Below, in pieces: positions 1 to 9,320 of a stretch of 64,000 nt of DNA (positions within the stretch are counted from its first letter, which is position 1; each line of letters begins with the position of its first letter). Source of the stretch: Nanobdellota archaeon (GTDB taxonomy: Archaea; Nanobdellota; Nanobdellia; Pacearchaeales; GW2011-AR1). The translations under genes were made by a program, and so were the position numbers. Below the pieces are notes generated by a model. The model saw only the letters and a list, made by a program, of their open reading frames with translations. It searched no databases and had not been told where the DNA came from. The DNA lies in NCBI GenBank assembly GCA_021818475.1, contig JAKADZ010000003.1:27988-91987 (forward strand), in the 5' to 3' direction.

Positions 1-1401
1 TTCTCTTATTAATTCCATTCCTAAAGATAATAATTTTTGCTGTCCTCCAGAAAGTTTGCTCGCGATTAAATCTTTTCTTTCATCTAAATTTATTTGTTCA
101 AGAACTTTGAATATTTTTTCTTTAGAATTTTTAATTCCCCATTTAATCGCGCTATTTTCTAAATTTTGTAACACAGTTTGATTTAAATAAATCTCATTTC
201 CCTGCGGAACAAATCCAAGATAATTATTAATTTCTTCTTTATCAAATTCTTTTCCGAATATCTTTATTTTTCCGTTCGAAGGTTTTCTTCTCCCTGCAAG
301 AATTTCTATTATTGTTGATTTTCCCGAGCCCGATTGACCAAGCAAAGAAACAAATTCCCCTCTTTTAATTGAAAAATTAACATTTTCTAAAATAGTACTT
401 GAACCTTTTTTAACTCCAAGTCCACTAATTGTAATTGCTTCAGTTATGTCATTTGAAATTTCTTCTTTTGTTTCTTTTTCTGGCAAAGCATGAACTTCTT
501 CAATATTTTCTTTAATTTTCAACTTTGAATGTTTATTTCTTTTCTTCGATAAATAAAGAGTTCCAAGAAGAATAATTATTAAAATCGGAGTTGCAATAAA
601 AAAAATTGAGAGATTTTTATCTTTGCCATTCAAATTTTCTCTTACTTCTTTATCCTTACTAGTCATTGGAGGGTCTATACAATCTCCATTAGAACAAATT
701 TGTCCAGATAAACTACAATCTGTTGTTTTAGAATCTAAGCAAATATCTGAATCAAATTCTCCACATTCATTTTTTATATATTGTCCGCTGCAATCTTTTG
801 CTCCAAAAGTACCACATTCATTCGTACATTCTATTCCATTATTACAATCGAATAAGGAAGAATAAAGAGGCATCCCATTATAATATCCTGCAGGACTTCC
901 AATTTGAGAACAGGATCCATAAGCGGGAGGATAACTTTTCACTTCACATATCCCATTCTTTTTATAATAACATGTTGTATCTCCTGTTGAAATTACTTTG
1001 GGAGAAGAGCAAGAGAAACTAACTTCATCAGACCAAGCCCCATCTACGGTGTTTGTATCCAAATATAATTTATATCCTTTGTTTAATTCTGGGGAAAATC
1101 CTCCTAAATCAGAGGAATGAAAACTTATAATATCTCCAGATGCTAAATAACCATTGGACCAAGTTCCAGTAAGACTATATTGTATTTCTCCATTATTTGA
1201 AGGAATTGGAACAAATACATGAATACTTTGAGAAGAAATTGAAGAGTTTCCAATATATTCCACTTCAAAATCTATATTTTTCATATCACAATTTGGTCCT
1301 TGTACAAATACTAAATCTTTTCCCGCAGAGATTACCGAAAGGGAAAAAATTACTATTAATCCAAAACAAAGTAAAGAGAAATATTTTTTATTGGTTTTCA
1401 T
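1..1401 (-). CDS. ABC ATP-binding protein with signal peptide, Cys-rich extracellular domain and single TM helix (3' end runs off window)
   Basis: Manual translation of most of the frame from ATG 1401: MKTNKKYFSLLCFGLIVIFSLSVISAG, Cys-rich stretch (CTNECGTFGAKDC..CSLSGQICSNGDC), TM FIATPILIIILLGTLYL, Walker A GQSGSGKS, signature LSGGQQK; absent from ORF track because no stop in window. Confidence 0.85.
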   Translation of the reverse strand, partial: MKTNKKYFSLLCFGLIVIFSLSVISAGKDLVFVQGPNCDMKNIDFEVEYIGNSSISSQSIHVFVPIPSNNGEIQYSLTGTWSNGYLASGDIISFHSSDLGGFSPELNKGYKLYLDTNTVDGAWSDEVSFSCSSPKVISTGDTTCYYKKNGICEVKSYPPAYGSCSQIGSPAGYYNGMPLYSSLFDCNNGIECTNECGTFGAKDCSGQYIKNECGEFDSDICLDSKTTDCSLSGQICSNGDCIDPPMTSKDKEVRENLNGKDKNLSIFFIATPILIIILLGTLYLSKKRNKHSKLKIKENIEEVHALPEKETKEEISNDITEAITISGLGVKKGSSTILENVNFSIKRGEFVSLLGQSGSGKSTIIEILAGRRKPSNGKIKIFGKEFDKEEINNYLGFVPQGNEIYLNQTVLQNLENSAIKWGIKNSKEKIFKVLEQINLDERKDLIASKLSGGQQKLLSLGMELIRE

Positions 1402-1475
1402 TTTACTTTTCAATATGTAAAACAATAAGAAAGTTATTTAAAAAGATATCTGGGAATAATTTTTTTATCTTTATC

Positions 1476-1754
1476 TTAATATCTCTTCACAAAAATAGAC
1501 CATATCCCCTTGATTAAGAAAAGCATAATCATTGCAGCAATAATTGTTGTCCAGATAAAACCAATAAAATTGTCTTTTGTAACAAATTGTGAACAAGATA
1601 ATATCAATCCAGAAATTATTCCTCCAATTGTTCCAACAAAAATATTTGAAAAGTATGCGTCTCTTTTATTATAAATAATTTTTTTAATCTCTTTATCTCT
1701 TTCCTGAACCTTCTTTTCTAACTCTTCTATTTCGGTTATCTTCTTTTTTACCAT
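1476..1754 (-). CDS. small membrane protein (coiled coil + 2 TM)
   Basis: ORF track; charged N-terminus, two hydrophobic segments. Confidence 0.6.
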   Translation of the reverse strand: MVKKKITEIEELEKKVQERDKEIKKIIYNKRDAYFSNIFVGTIGGIISGLILSCSQFVTKDNFIGFIWTTIIAAMIMLFLIKGIWSIFVKRY

Positions 1755-1771
1755 TATTTTTAGAATTTTAT

Positions 1772-1918
1772 TTATTCTAAGTCAACTGGTTCTTCATTTT
1801 GACGATTTGATAATATTCTTAGACTCTTACGAATATCAAAGAGAAGATTCTTTATATCATTTAAACTGTTATCTATATCTTCTAAATCTGTGGGTCTTAC
1901 TTCAATTTCTTCATCCAT
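1772..1918 (-). CDS. small hypothetical protein (48 aa)
   Basis: Manual ORF MDEEIEVRPTDLEDIDNSLNDIKNLLFDIRKSLRILSNRQNEEPVDLE fills the gap between co-oriented genes. Confidence 0.45.
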   Translation of the reverse strand: MDEEIEVRPTDLEDIDNSLNDIKNLLFDIRKSLRILSNRQNEEPVDLE

Positions 1919-1966
1919 TTTTTAATTAAACCTCTTCTCTTCTTAAAATTTATTTAGGAATACTAA

Positions 1967-2677
1967 TCACGCTTCAAATCCCACTTCCTCTTTGATTGCC
2001 TGTCCGTCAATTTCTCCTCTTCTGATAATCTTTCCCTTTCTCAGGCTTTTTTCCCTTACAACTGCAAAATCCTTTTCCTTTTTCAGAGAATCAGGGATCA
2101 CAATTGAGTCAATAATAAAATCATGAATTAGCGATGCATTTTTGAAGTCCGGCTTTTCAAATACGAAACCTGAAGCAATTTCCTTGTCTGTTGTAACAAG
2201 TTTGCAAAAATCAGGTTTTGGTGCTTCTTCATCACCCTTTGATTTCGGTTTTCCAGATTTTGGAGCTTTTGGTTTTACTTTAAGAGTGTTATTTTCCACT
2301 GAAAAACTTAATGCAAAGAAATTTTTTGGAAATTTTTCAATCAAATTCAAAATTTCATTTCCAGACATTTCCATTTCAATTGAATAATTCTTCACTCCCT
2401 GAAACTGGGAGATTTTCTTAAATTCCAATTCCCCCTTCAAATCATTTGTTCCGATTATAGAACCCGTAACATTTGTTTTCTCATTTCCAAGCTTCTCTGC
2501 AAGCATCTTAACCATCCCGTTTGCAAATTCTGCTGTTGTGTTTATTGTATATTTCCCAGAAGAATTTTTTGCAGCAATTCCTGCCCTGTCCCTGAATTCC
2601 CCTCTGCTGAATTTTTGAAACTGCAGGTGAACATCTTCATCCACTTTTTTGTCAAACAACTTTTTAATAAAATTCAT
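1967..2677 (-). CDS. hypothetical protein
   Basis: 236 aa ORF, natural composition, TATA-like TTTATAAA about 25 nt upstream. Confidence 0.75.
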   Translation of the reverse strand: MNFIKKLFDKKVDEDVHLQFQKFSRGEFRDRAGIAAKNSSGKYTINTTAEFANGMVKMLAEKLGNEKTNVTGSIIGTNDLKGELEFKKISQFQGVKNYSIEMEMSGNEILNLIEKFPKNFFALSFSVENNTLKVKPKAPKSGKPKSKGDEEAPKPDFCKLVTTDKEIASGFVFEKPDFKNASLIHDFIIDSIVIPDSLKKEKDFAVVREKSLRKGKIIRRGEIDGQAIKEEVGFEA

Positions 2678-2839
2678 GATTATGAAAATTTTTTTTAATT
2701 TATAAATTTATCACAACCCAATATTCCAAGGAGGTAATAGGAACTTGGGTTCTTAACGCCTAAACTTTTTCTCTGTCATAACTTCTATTTCCGTCGAACT
2801 TATAGAAGAGTTTTTAAATTTCCTTTGCATAAAAATATC

Positions 2840-3874
2840 ATGGACGAGGAATATTTCAGAAAGATAACTTCTACGGGGATTATTTTGATTTTGGGGGTCT
2901 TGTCCTTCTTTCTTTTAAAACCGATTTTGCTCTCGGTAATCGCAGGTTTTTTGCTTGCATTTGTATTTTCCCCAATTTACAATCTCCTTGTGAAATGGAC
3001 TAAATCCCGGGGGTTTTCTGCGGCAATTTTGCTGATAATCCTTCTGGCATTAATTATAATCCCGATTTGGTTTTTGACTCCGGTACTGATAAGCGAGTCC
3101 ATAAAACTTTATGTAGCTTCACAGCAGATTGACCTCGTAACCTTCTTGAAAGATATTTTCCCTTCTATTTCAAGTTCAGTAATATTGTCCCATGCAGTTG
3201 ATTCGACAATTCACTCATTTATCACAAATGCAACTAATTCGTTGATGAATTATTTTGCAAATATCATTTCAGATATTCCAAATATTGCAGCGCAGATTTT
3301 AGTCATATTCTTTACATTTTATTATGCATTAAGAGATAAAGATCAGATAATCAGTTACATTCAAAGCCTTCTTCCATTTTCAAAGGAAGTTCATAAAAAA
3401 TTATTTGATTCAACAAGGGACATAACTTCGTCAATCCTTTTCGGTCAGATTCTCGTGGGATTGATTCAGGGGCTGATTTTATCCCTGGGATTTTTTATAT
3501 TCAATGTGCCAAATCCTTTCCTTCTGGCAATTGTTGCAATTCTAATCTGCATCTTTCCAATTTTGGGCCCAACATTTATCGGAGTACCTGTAGCTTTATA
3601 TTTTGTAATCGGCGGAAATACTTTTGCCGCATTTGGAATTATATTATTTACAATCCTTTCTCATTTATCCGATCATTTTACAAGACCTTTCTTTGTTGCG
3701 AAGAGGGCGAAACTGCATACTGCTTTGGTTTTGATAGGAATGATTGGCGGATTTATCTTCTTCGGAATTCTCGGATTTGTCCTTGGCCCTTTAATCCTTG
3801 CTTATTTGATTATAATTATAGAAGTATATAGAAACAAGAACCTTCCCGACGTTCTTATTCAGTCCAAGCAATAA
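2840..3874 (+). CDS. AI-2E family (PerM-like) transporter
   Basis: About 345 aa, many TM helices, FFTFYYALRD and GFVLGPLILA motifs. Confidence 0.85.
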   Translation: MDEEYFRKITSTGIILILGVLSFFLLKPILLSVIAGFLLAFVFSPIYNLLVKWTKSRGFSAAILLIILLALIIIPIWFLTPVLISESIKLYVASQQIDLVTFLKDIFPSISSSVILSHAVDSTIHSFITNATNSLMNYFANIISDIPNIAAQILVIFFTFYYALRDKDQIISYIQSLLPFSKEVHKKLFDSTRDITSSILFGQILVGLIQGLILSLGFFIFNVPNPFLLAIVAILICIFPILGPTFIGVPVALYFVIGGNTFAAFGIILFTILSHLSDHFTRPFFVAKRAKLHTALVLIGMIGGFIFFGILGFVLGPLILAYLIIIIEVYRNKNLPDVLIQSKQ

Positions 3875-3910
3875 ATATAAAAATAAATTTTATCTTATTT
3901 TATAAAAGAG

Positions 3911-5398
3911 ATGGAACTAAAAGTAAAACTTCTAAAATGGTCTGCAGGATTTCCTGTGGCGATGCTGCATGAGCATACTGCAAATATAATCGGAGTTAAA
4001 ACAAAGGGGAGAGTTTTCATAAAAACTATTTCAAAAAATCCGAAGGGAGTTTATACAATAATCGACACTACAACTTCGCTTGTTAAAAAAAATGAAATCG
4101 CAATTTCCTCTGAACTTAAAGAAAGATTAAATCTCTCATTGGGGCAAAAGGTTGATGTTGGTCTTGCTCCTCTTTCCGAGAGTTTGCTCTTCATAAAAAA
4201 GAAAGTAAACAATGAGGAGCTTTCAGAAAAAGAAATTGATTCTATCATCCGCGATGTTATTGATAATTCCCTCTCCGAAGCAGAGATTGCACTTTTTATT
4301 TCTGCAATGTATGAAAGAGGAATGAATATGAAGGAGACTGTTTTCCTCATCAAAGCAATTCTTGGTTCAGGCCAGCAGCTGAAATTTGACAATAAATTTG
4401 TTGTTGATAAACATTCAATCGGGGGAATACCAGGAAACAGGACTACTCCGATAGTTGTTTCAGTCTGCGCAGCAGGAGGATTAATTTTTCCAAAATCTTC
4501 ATCAAGGGCGATTACAACTGCGGCAGGAACTGCAGACGTCGTCGAAACAATTGCAAAGGTTGAATTTTCAATTCCTGAACTAAAGAAAATTGTGAAAAAA
4601 GTCGGTGCATGTTTGATATGGGGCGGCTCGCTTGAGATAGTTCCTGCGGATGAAAAAATAATTACAATTGAAAAAATGCTTAACATTGATCCTGAATCAC
4701 AGCTTCTTGCTTCGATTATGTCAAAGAAACTGGCTCTTGGCGCGAAATACATTCTGATTGACATCCCATACGGGAAAACTGCAAAAGTAAGTTATAATGA
4801 AGGCATGAAATTAAAAAATAAATTTGAATATCTCGGCAAACATTTCAACAAGAAACTAAAAGTTGTTTTAACTCACGGTGATGAGCCTATCGGAAATGGA
4901 GTTGGTCCTGCTCTTGAAATAATGGACATCCTGAAGATTCTGAAAAATTCTGATGACAGACCTATGGACTTGGAAAAGAAATCTTTATTCCTTGCAGGAG
5001 AAATTTTCGAGATGACAGGAAAAGCAGGAAAGGGAAAGGGGATTGAAAGGGCAAGGGAAATTTTGTATTCAGGGAAAGCATTTGAAAAATTCAGGCAGAT
5101 CATAAAAGCCCAGGATGGAAATATTGACGGAATTTGCCTCGGGAGTTTTAGAAAAGATATAATCATGAAAAAAAACGGAACTATTTCTGAAATAGACAAC
5201 AAAAAAATAAATTCTCTTGCGAGAATGGCGGGATGCCCGATGGATAAATATGCAGGACTTTATCTTTATCATCATGTTGGGGACAAGCTTAAGAGCGGAG
5301 ATAAACTCATGACTGTTTATGCCGAATCAAGAGCACGTCTTAATGAAGCAGTCAATTTTTTTGAAGAACAAAAACCTATCACATTCAAAAACAACTAA
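3911..5398 (+). CDS. deoA: AMP phosphorylase (thymidine phosphorylase family)
   Basis: DKHSIGGIPGNRTT, KSSSRAITTAAGTAD, ASIMSKKLA motifs; N-terminal extension typical of archaeal AMPpase. Confidence 0.9.
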   Translation: MELKVKLLKWSAGFPVAMLHEHTANIIGVKTKGRVFIKTISKNPKGVYTIIDTTTSLVKKNEIAISSELKERLNLSLGQKVDVGLAPLSESLLFIKKKVNNEELSEKEIDSIIRDVIDNSLSEAEIALFISAMYERGMNMKETVFLIKAILGSGQQLKFDNKFVVDKHSIGGIPGNRTTPIVVSVCAAGGLIFPKSSSRAITTAAGTADVVETIAKVEFSIPELKKIVKKVGACLIWGGSLEIVPADEKIITIEKMLNIDPESQLLASIMSKKLALGAKYILIDIPYGKTAKVSYNEGMKLKNKFEYLGKHFNKKLKVVLTHGDEPIGNGVGPALEIMDILKILKNSDDRPMDLEKKSLFLAGEIFEMTGKAGKGKGIERAREILYSGKAFEKFRQIIKAQDGNIDGICLGSFRKDIIMKKNGTISEIDNKKINSLARMAGCPMDKYAGLYLYHHVGDKLKSGDKLMTVYAESRARLNEAVNFFEEQKPITFKNN

Positions 5399-5428
5399 TT
5401 TTTTAAACCCCTTTTCTGTAGATTTATC

Positions 5429-5707
5429 ATGGTTGAAAATACTTACAAGGTAAAACTTGTTGAATATGTAAAAAGAAATCTGAAAAAAGGCTACCCTGTT
5501 GATACATTAAAAATCGCATTGATAAATCAGGGTTACATAAGGTCAACTGTTGACGAGGCAATTCAGGAAGCAATGAAACAGATGGCTTCAGAAGCCCCAA
5601 TAATAAAGGAAAAACCTGAAATCGAGCACGAAATAATCGTTGAAGAAGAGGAACAGCCTGTCCCTGAAAAAAAATCTTTCTGGAAGAGATTGTTTGGAAG
5701 GAAATAA
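5429..5707 (+). CDS. hypothetical protein
   Basis: 92 aa ORF, YVKRNLKKGYP..IKIALINQGY-type helical motif, amphipathic FWKRLFG tail. Confidence 0.7.
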   Translation: MVENTYKVKLVEYVKRNLKKGYPVDTLKIALINQGYIRSTVDEAIQEAMKQMASEAPIIKEKPEIEHEIIVEEEEQPVPEKKSFWKRLFGRK

Positions 5708-6014
5708 TTCTTTAGGCTCACCTTGTCGCCTATTAATACCATTACGCCCCAGACTTTGTCAAGGCGCTTCATTCAATAAGTTATCGCGATAAATCTAAGT
5801 TAAACAATTAATTTTTTTTTCACATTAAATATTTTTGCGAAGAAATCTAACAAAGTTGATTTCGAAGCTTTGAAAATTTGCGAGTGAAGTGAGCAGAATA
5901 TTCTTCCCTTCAGAAAGTTTTAAAACCTAACAAATAATTTATAATTTATCAAGATGCCTCTGCGCGAAATTTATTGAGCGTAGAGCGAACGAAGTGAGCC
6001 TCCGTCGCATATGA

Positions 6015-6049
6015 GAACCTCCTGCGGGTTCTTCACAGTTCCAGCATCC
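6015..6049 (+). repeat. short repeat family D copy 1
   Basis: GAACCTCCTGCGGGTTCTTCACAGTTCCAGCATCC, 31/35 identical to reverse complement of 61914-61948. Confidence 0.8.
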
Positions 6050-6077
6050 ATGGAACAATATGCTTGTTGGCAAAGAT

Positions 6078-6205
6078 GCCTCCGTCGCATAATGGTATTG
6101 CACCGGTCTTGAGTGAGGATAAAACCTCCTAATTGTTCGTCGAGGTTTCGTCAAACAAGAGAACCGGGCCTTTATGGCTTCCAGGTTCGATTCCTGGCGG
6201 GGGCG
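6078..6205 (+). tRNA. tRNA-Ser(TGA) with 48-nt intron at 37/38 (6114-6161)
   Basis: Acceptor GCCTCCG/CGGGGGC, anticodon stem CCGGT/ACCGG with CT-TGA-G|A, long variable arm, T arm CCAGG-TTCGATT-CCTGG; exon CTTG pairs with intron CAAG giving BHB-like splice junctions. Confidence 0.92.
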
Positions 6206-6281
6206 TGATGGCGTGATGCGGGCTTGAAATGCCCGCCTGTTCTTAACAAAATTAATGCTAGATTATTCTGAAAATTCGATT

Positions 6282-6337
6282 CCGAGCGATTTCACGAATG
6301 CGGGAAATTTTTGAAAGCAATGAGTGGGGTCGCGAGC
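6282..6337 (+). repeat. structured repeat family A copy 1
   Basis: CC-GA-GCGATTTCAC-GA...GA-GTGGGGTCGC-GA; 10-bp stem with G.T pairs. Confidence 0.85.
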
Positions 6338-6366
6338 ATTGACGGGGGCGTTCCTACAAAATGTCT

Positions 6367-7599
6367 TTAAGAATTCATCTGACTGCTTGATTCCTGTGCA
6401 CTTGCAAAATTATTTGGGTTGGGTATGCTCTCTTCGTTCCCAAGATTTTTCCAAAAGAAATTAACTGTATCGTTGCTAATTTCGTCAATTGACGGATTTA
6501 CTATGCTCCCCGGAGGTGACGGAAGGAATTCATGGCTGGCATTTGCGACAAGGATATAAGTAGCATCATTATTATATGATCGTAAGTCCTCATAAAATTG
6601 TTTTGTCATTGTTGGCAAGCTTAATGGGTCATGGTCGCCTTGAACAATCAAAAAAGAAGGATCATTGTAATTAACAAAGTTTCCAGCGTTAGCAAGACTC
6701 ATGAGTGTTAAATTTCCATTGTATTCTGAAACAAGAGCCTGATATCCTTCCGTGCTCATAAGTTTGGTAAAAAATATTTGGACTTTGTTAACAGGGGTAA
6801 TCCCGCTTCCGTAAAAATTCACAACTGCCTGTGGCCTTGTTGGTATTTTAATATATTCATCATAACTGAGATTAGCCCCATCTATTTTCAAGTCTGGGGA
6901 ATTTTGCCAGCTTTCACTACCATTAATTACTCCTACAATAGATGAGAGCTGCCCACCGACGCTGCCCCCGAAGATTCCAATCTCATTTTGATTTCCCCCA
7001 AATCCATTTGAATAATATTTTAAGAACCGTATCGCACATAAAATGTCCTGAACTTGTGTGGGGTATTTATTTTCTGGAGCAAGTTTGTAATCAACAGCAG
7101 CGACAATAAAATCATGGCTTAACAGATTTGATATTACTGAACCCGCATCATAACCTATCCTGTCTTTGTTACCACTTGTAAATCCCCCTCCGAAGACGTA
7201 GATTACAATAGGTCTGTTCGATTTGCTCGAAGAATTTAGTGGAGAATTGGCGTAAAGATTCAGCTTAATTGGACTACCTTGAGATACGCAGTAAGTTATG
7301 TCAGTTGCTTCATAAAACTTCCCCTCTGAAGGAGTCCATAGATAGACTGTTCTTTGTAAATTCTCAAAAGAACCTCCCTGTTCTGGAAGATTATCTGCCT
7401 TAGCGCTGTACACGCCGGGAATTTCGTTCCAACTTAAACTAAGGTTATTTTTGTAATTCGTAATTGATGCAGCTGCATCATAAGTTTCAATATAATGCGG
7501 ATGATTGTGCGATGGAACCGCGAAGAAGATTACAAACAGAACAAATAATATAATAAAAAATCCTACTGGTATGATTATAAATAACCACCACTTTTTCAT
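6367..7599 (-). CDS. membrane-anchored alpha/beta hydrolase (esterase/lipase, HSL-like)
   Basis: N-terminal TM, YVFGGGF oxyanion motif, DYKLAPE, GGSVGG nucleophile elbow, GDHD and ASHEF. Confidence 0.85.
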   Translation of the reverse strand: MKKWWLFIIIPVGFFIILFVLFVIFFAVPSHNHPHYIETYDAAASITNYKNNLSLSWNEIPGVYSAKADNLPEQGGSFENLQRTVYLWTPSEGKFYEATDITYCVSQGSPIKLNLYANSPLNSSSKSNRPIVIYVFGGGFTSGNKDRIGYDAGSVISNLLSHDFIVAAVDYKLAPENKYPTQVQDILCAIRFLKYYSNGFGGNQNEIGIFGGSVGGQLSSIVGVINGSESWQNSPDLKIDGANLSYDEYIKIPTRPQAVVNFYGSGITPVNKVQIFFTKLMSTEGYQALVSEYNGNLTLMSLANAGNFVNYNDPSFLIVQGDHDPLSLPTMTKQFYEDLRSYNNDATYILVANASHEFLPSPPGSIVNPSIDEISNDTVNFFWKNLGNEESIPNPNNFASAQESSSQMNS

Positions 7600-7712
7600 A
7601 TAACTACTTATTATTAATGTTTAATAATTTTTTCCTTCTTTGATTTTAATCTGGTTTGGCATTATTGCATAATATATTCCTCAAAGATATTTTATCTGGG
7701 CGTTCGTCACTT

Positions 7713-8036
7713 TTATCCCATCAAAATTCTGCTGATAATTCCTATCACAATTCCCAATCCCGCAATCCCCCCGATTACAGTTATCTTCTTTGCTGTGGAA
7801 ACTTTTTTGATATGAAGCATAAATGCAATAATCATCAGGACAAGATACCAGAGGGCATCAAGAAAATACCAGTCGAAAATCTGCAGTCCGATTTTTGCAA
7901 ACCCTGTAAGATGCGGGACAACATAATTTTCCAGATAAAAATAAATCGGGTCGATAGGACTAGGAACTAATGTTCCTATGAATGCCCCAAGTAAAAAAAT
8001 TCCTATCTGTGACTTAAAAAATTTTTCTTTTTTCAT
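7713..8036 (-). CDS. small membrane protein
   Basis: 107 aa with three hydrophobic segments. Confidence 0.65.
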   Translation of the reverse strand: MKKEKFFKSQIGIFLLGAFIGTLVPSPIDPIYFYLENYVVPHLTGFAKIGLQIFDWYFLDALWYLVLMIIAFMLHIKKVSTAKKITVIGGIAGLGIVIGIISRILMG

Positions 8037-8075
8037 CTCTTTTATTCAGTCTAATATTTTTCCCTATTTAAATTA

Positions 8076-9320
8076 TCAGATTCTGAAAATTTTTACCTGC
8101 TTTCTCTCGCATGATTTGCAGATTTTTTTCCCGTTGTTTTTTGTTATGTGATAATCACAGAAAATTTTTCCGCAGGCATCACATCTGTTCCAGCAGTGAG
8201 AGCATAATGTCCTTCCGCATTCCTCGCATTTTTTTGTCTGGCAGCTCTTGCAGTAAACACTCCCGCATGATGCACATTTGTCTCCGCATTCTCTGCAGGT
8301 TATATGCCCCGAAGAGCATAATATTATCTCCTTGACTTCTTTTCCGCAGCTTTTGCAATGGACAGGGGAAACAATTTTTTTCAGCGGATCATAGCCAAGT
8401 TCAATAATTTTTAAGTTATTCTTCTCAACTTCCATGGTCAGATTAAGATTATAAAACGGAAAATAAATAATCGTGGTATTGACGAGCTTAGTGTCAATTT
8501 TCAGCCCGTGCTTTCGGATTTCTTTTTGTATGAACTCTTGCTCTTCTTCTTTTATTTTATTTTTATTACTATTCTCATTCAGATTCTCAAGCATTTTGTT
8601 CAGCCTTTTTACTTTGTCGCGGTCTTCCCTGTTTGCTTCAATCTGTTTCTTCAGCGAATTTTCCTGCTCCTCAACTTCCGACAGATTATTCTGGTAAAGC
8701 TGGTTAATCCTCGCAATTTCATTATTGAGCTGCTCCCCCAATTTTTTCTTAAGTTCTTCGGTCTTAGGCAAAATTATTTTTTTCAGCTCTTCTCTTGCAA
8801 GGGAGTACTCTTTCTCCGCGCTGACTTCCTGAAAGTCTCTTTTATTCCCTTCAGCCAGATTTAGGGAATTATCAAAATCAATTATTTTATTATCCAGAAC
8901 GTAAATCTGATTGATTACAGTCTCCTTTTCATTCAGATACTGGAATGTGGTTGCAAAGGAAAATTTGAAAATAAACCTGTTCGTAGAATTTTTATTGATG
9001 CTTCTTATTTCAGAATTAAGAAAAGGAATTCTCTTCGGAATTTCTTCCTTGAAATTAATTCCAAAATCAATTCTCAGAAGAGTGGTTTCCCCTCTTCCTT
9101 CAAGAAATTCTTTTATTGTTTTTACAAGATAATGACTTTGGGAGACATACTCATATCCTTCCCTTTCTCTGTCAAATGAAAAAAAATACGGTCCCTTTTT
9201 TCCGGAAAACTTTTCGAAATTCGCGGGGATTTCTGAAACAACAAGTTCTCTCTCTCTCTGCTGGACATTGCACCCTATGCTTTTGAAAAATTTGGAATAA
9301 AAATTAATCAGTTCATTCAT
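8076..9320 (-). CDS. coiled-coil + Cys/His-rich Zn-finger protein (YqhG-like partner of SNF2 helicase)
   Basis: Central coiled coil, C-terminal tandem CxxC repeats; overlaps end of SNF2 gene. Confidence 0.7.
   Translation of the reverse strand: MNELINFYSKFFKSIGCNVQQRERELVVSEIPANFEKFSGKKGPYFFSFDREREGYEYVSQSHYLVKTIKEFLEGRGETTLLRIDFGINFKEEIPKRIPFLNSEIRSINKNSTNRFIFKFSFATTFQYLNEKETVINQIYVLDNKIIDFDNSLNLAEGNKRDFQEVSAEKEYSLAREELKKIILPKTEELKKKLGEQLNNEIARINQLYQNNLSEVEEQENSLKKQIEANREDRDKVKRLNKMLENLNENSNKNKIKEEEQEFIQKEIRKHGLKIDTKLVNTTIIYFPFYNLNLTMEVEKNNLKIIELGYDPLKKIVSPVHCKSCGKEVKEIILCSSGHITCRECGDKCASCGSVYCKSCQTKKCEECGRTLCSHCWNRCDACGKIFCDYHITKNNGKKICKSCERKQVKIFRI

Noticed and set aside
623-1517. Short + strand ORFs at 623, 798 and 1197
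   Set aside because: They are antisense shadows of the minus-strand ABC fusion gene
4051-4764. 237-aa minus-strand ORF and similar long antisense ORFs elsewhere
   Set aside because: They are Ser/Phe/Ile-rich mirror frames of well-supported genes
5939-6154. 71-aa minus-strand ORF
   Set aside because: It overlaps tRNA-Ser and repeats and has no protein-like features
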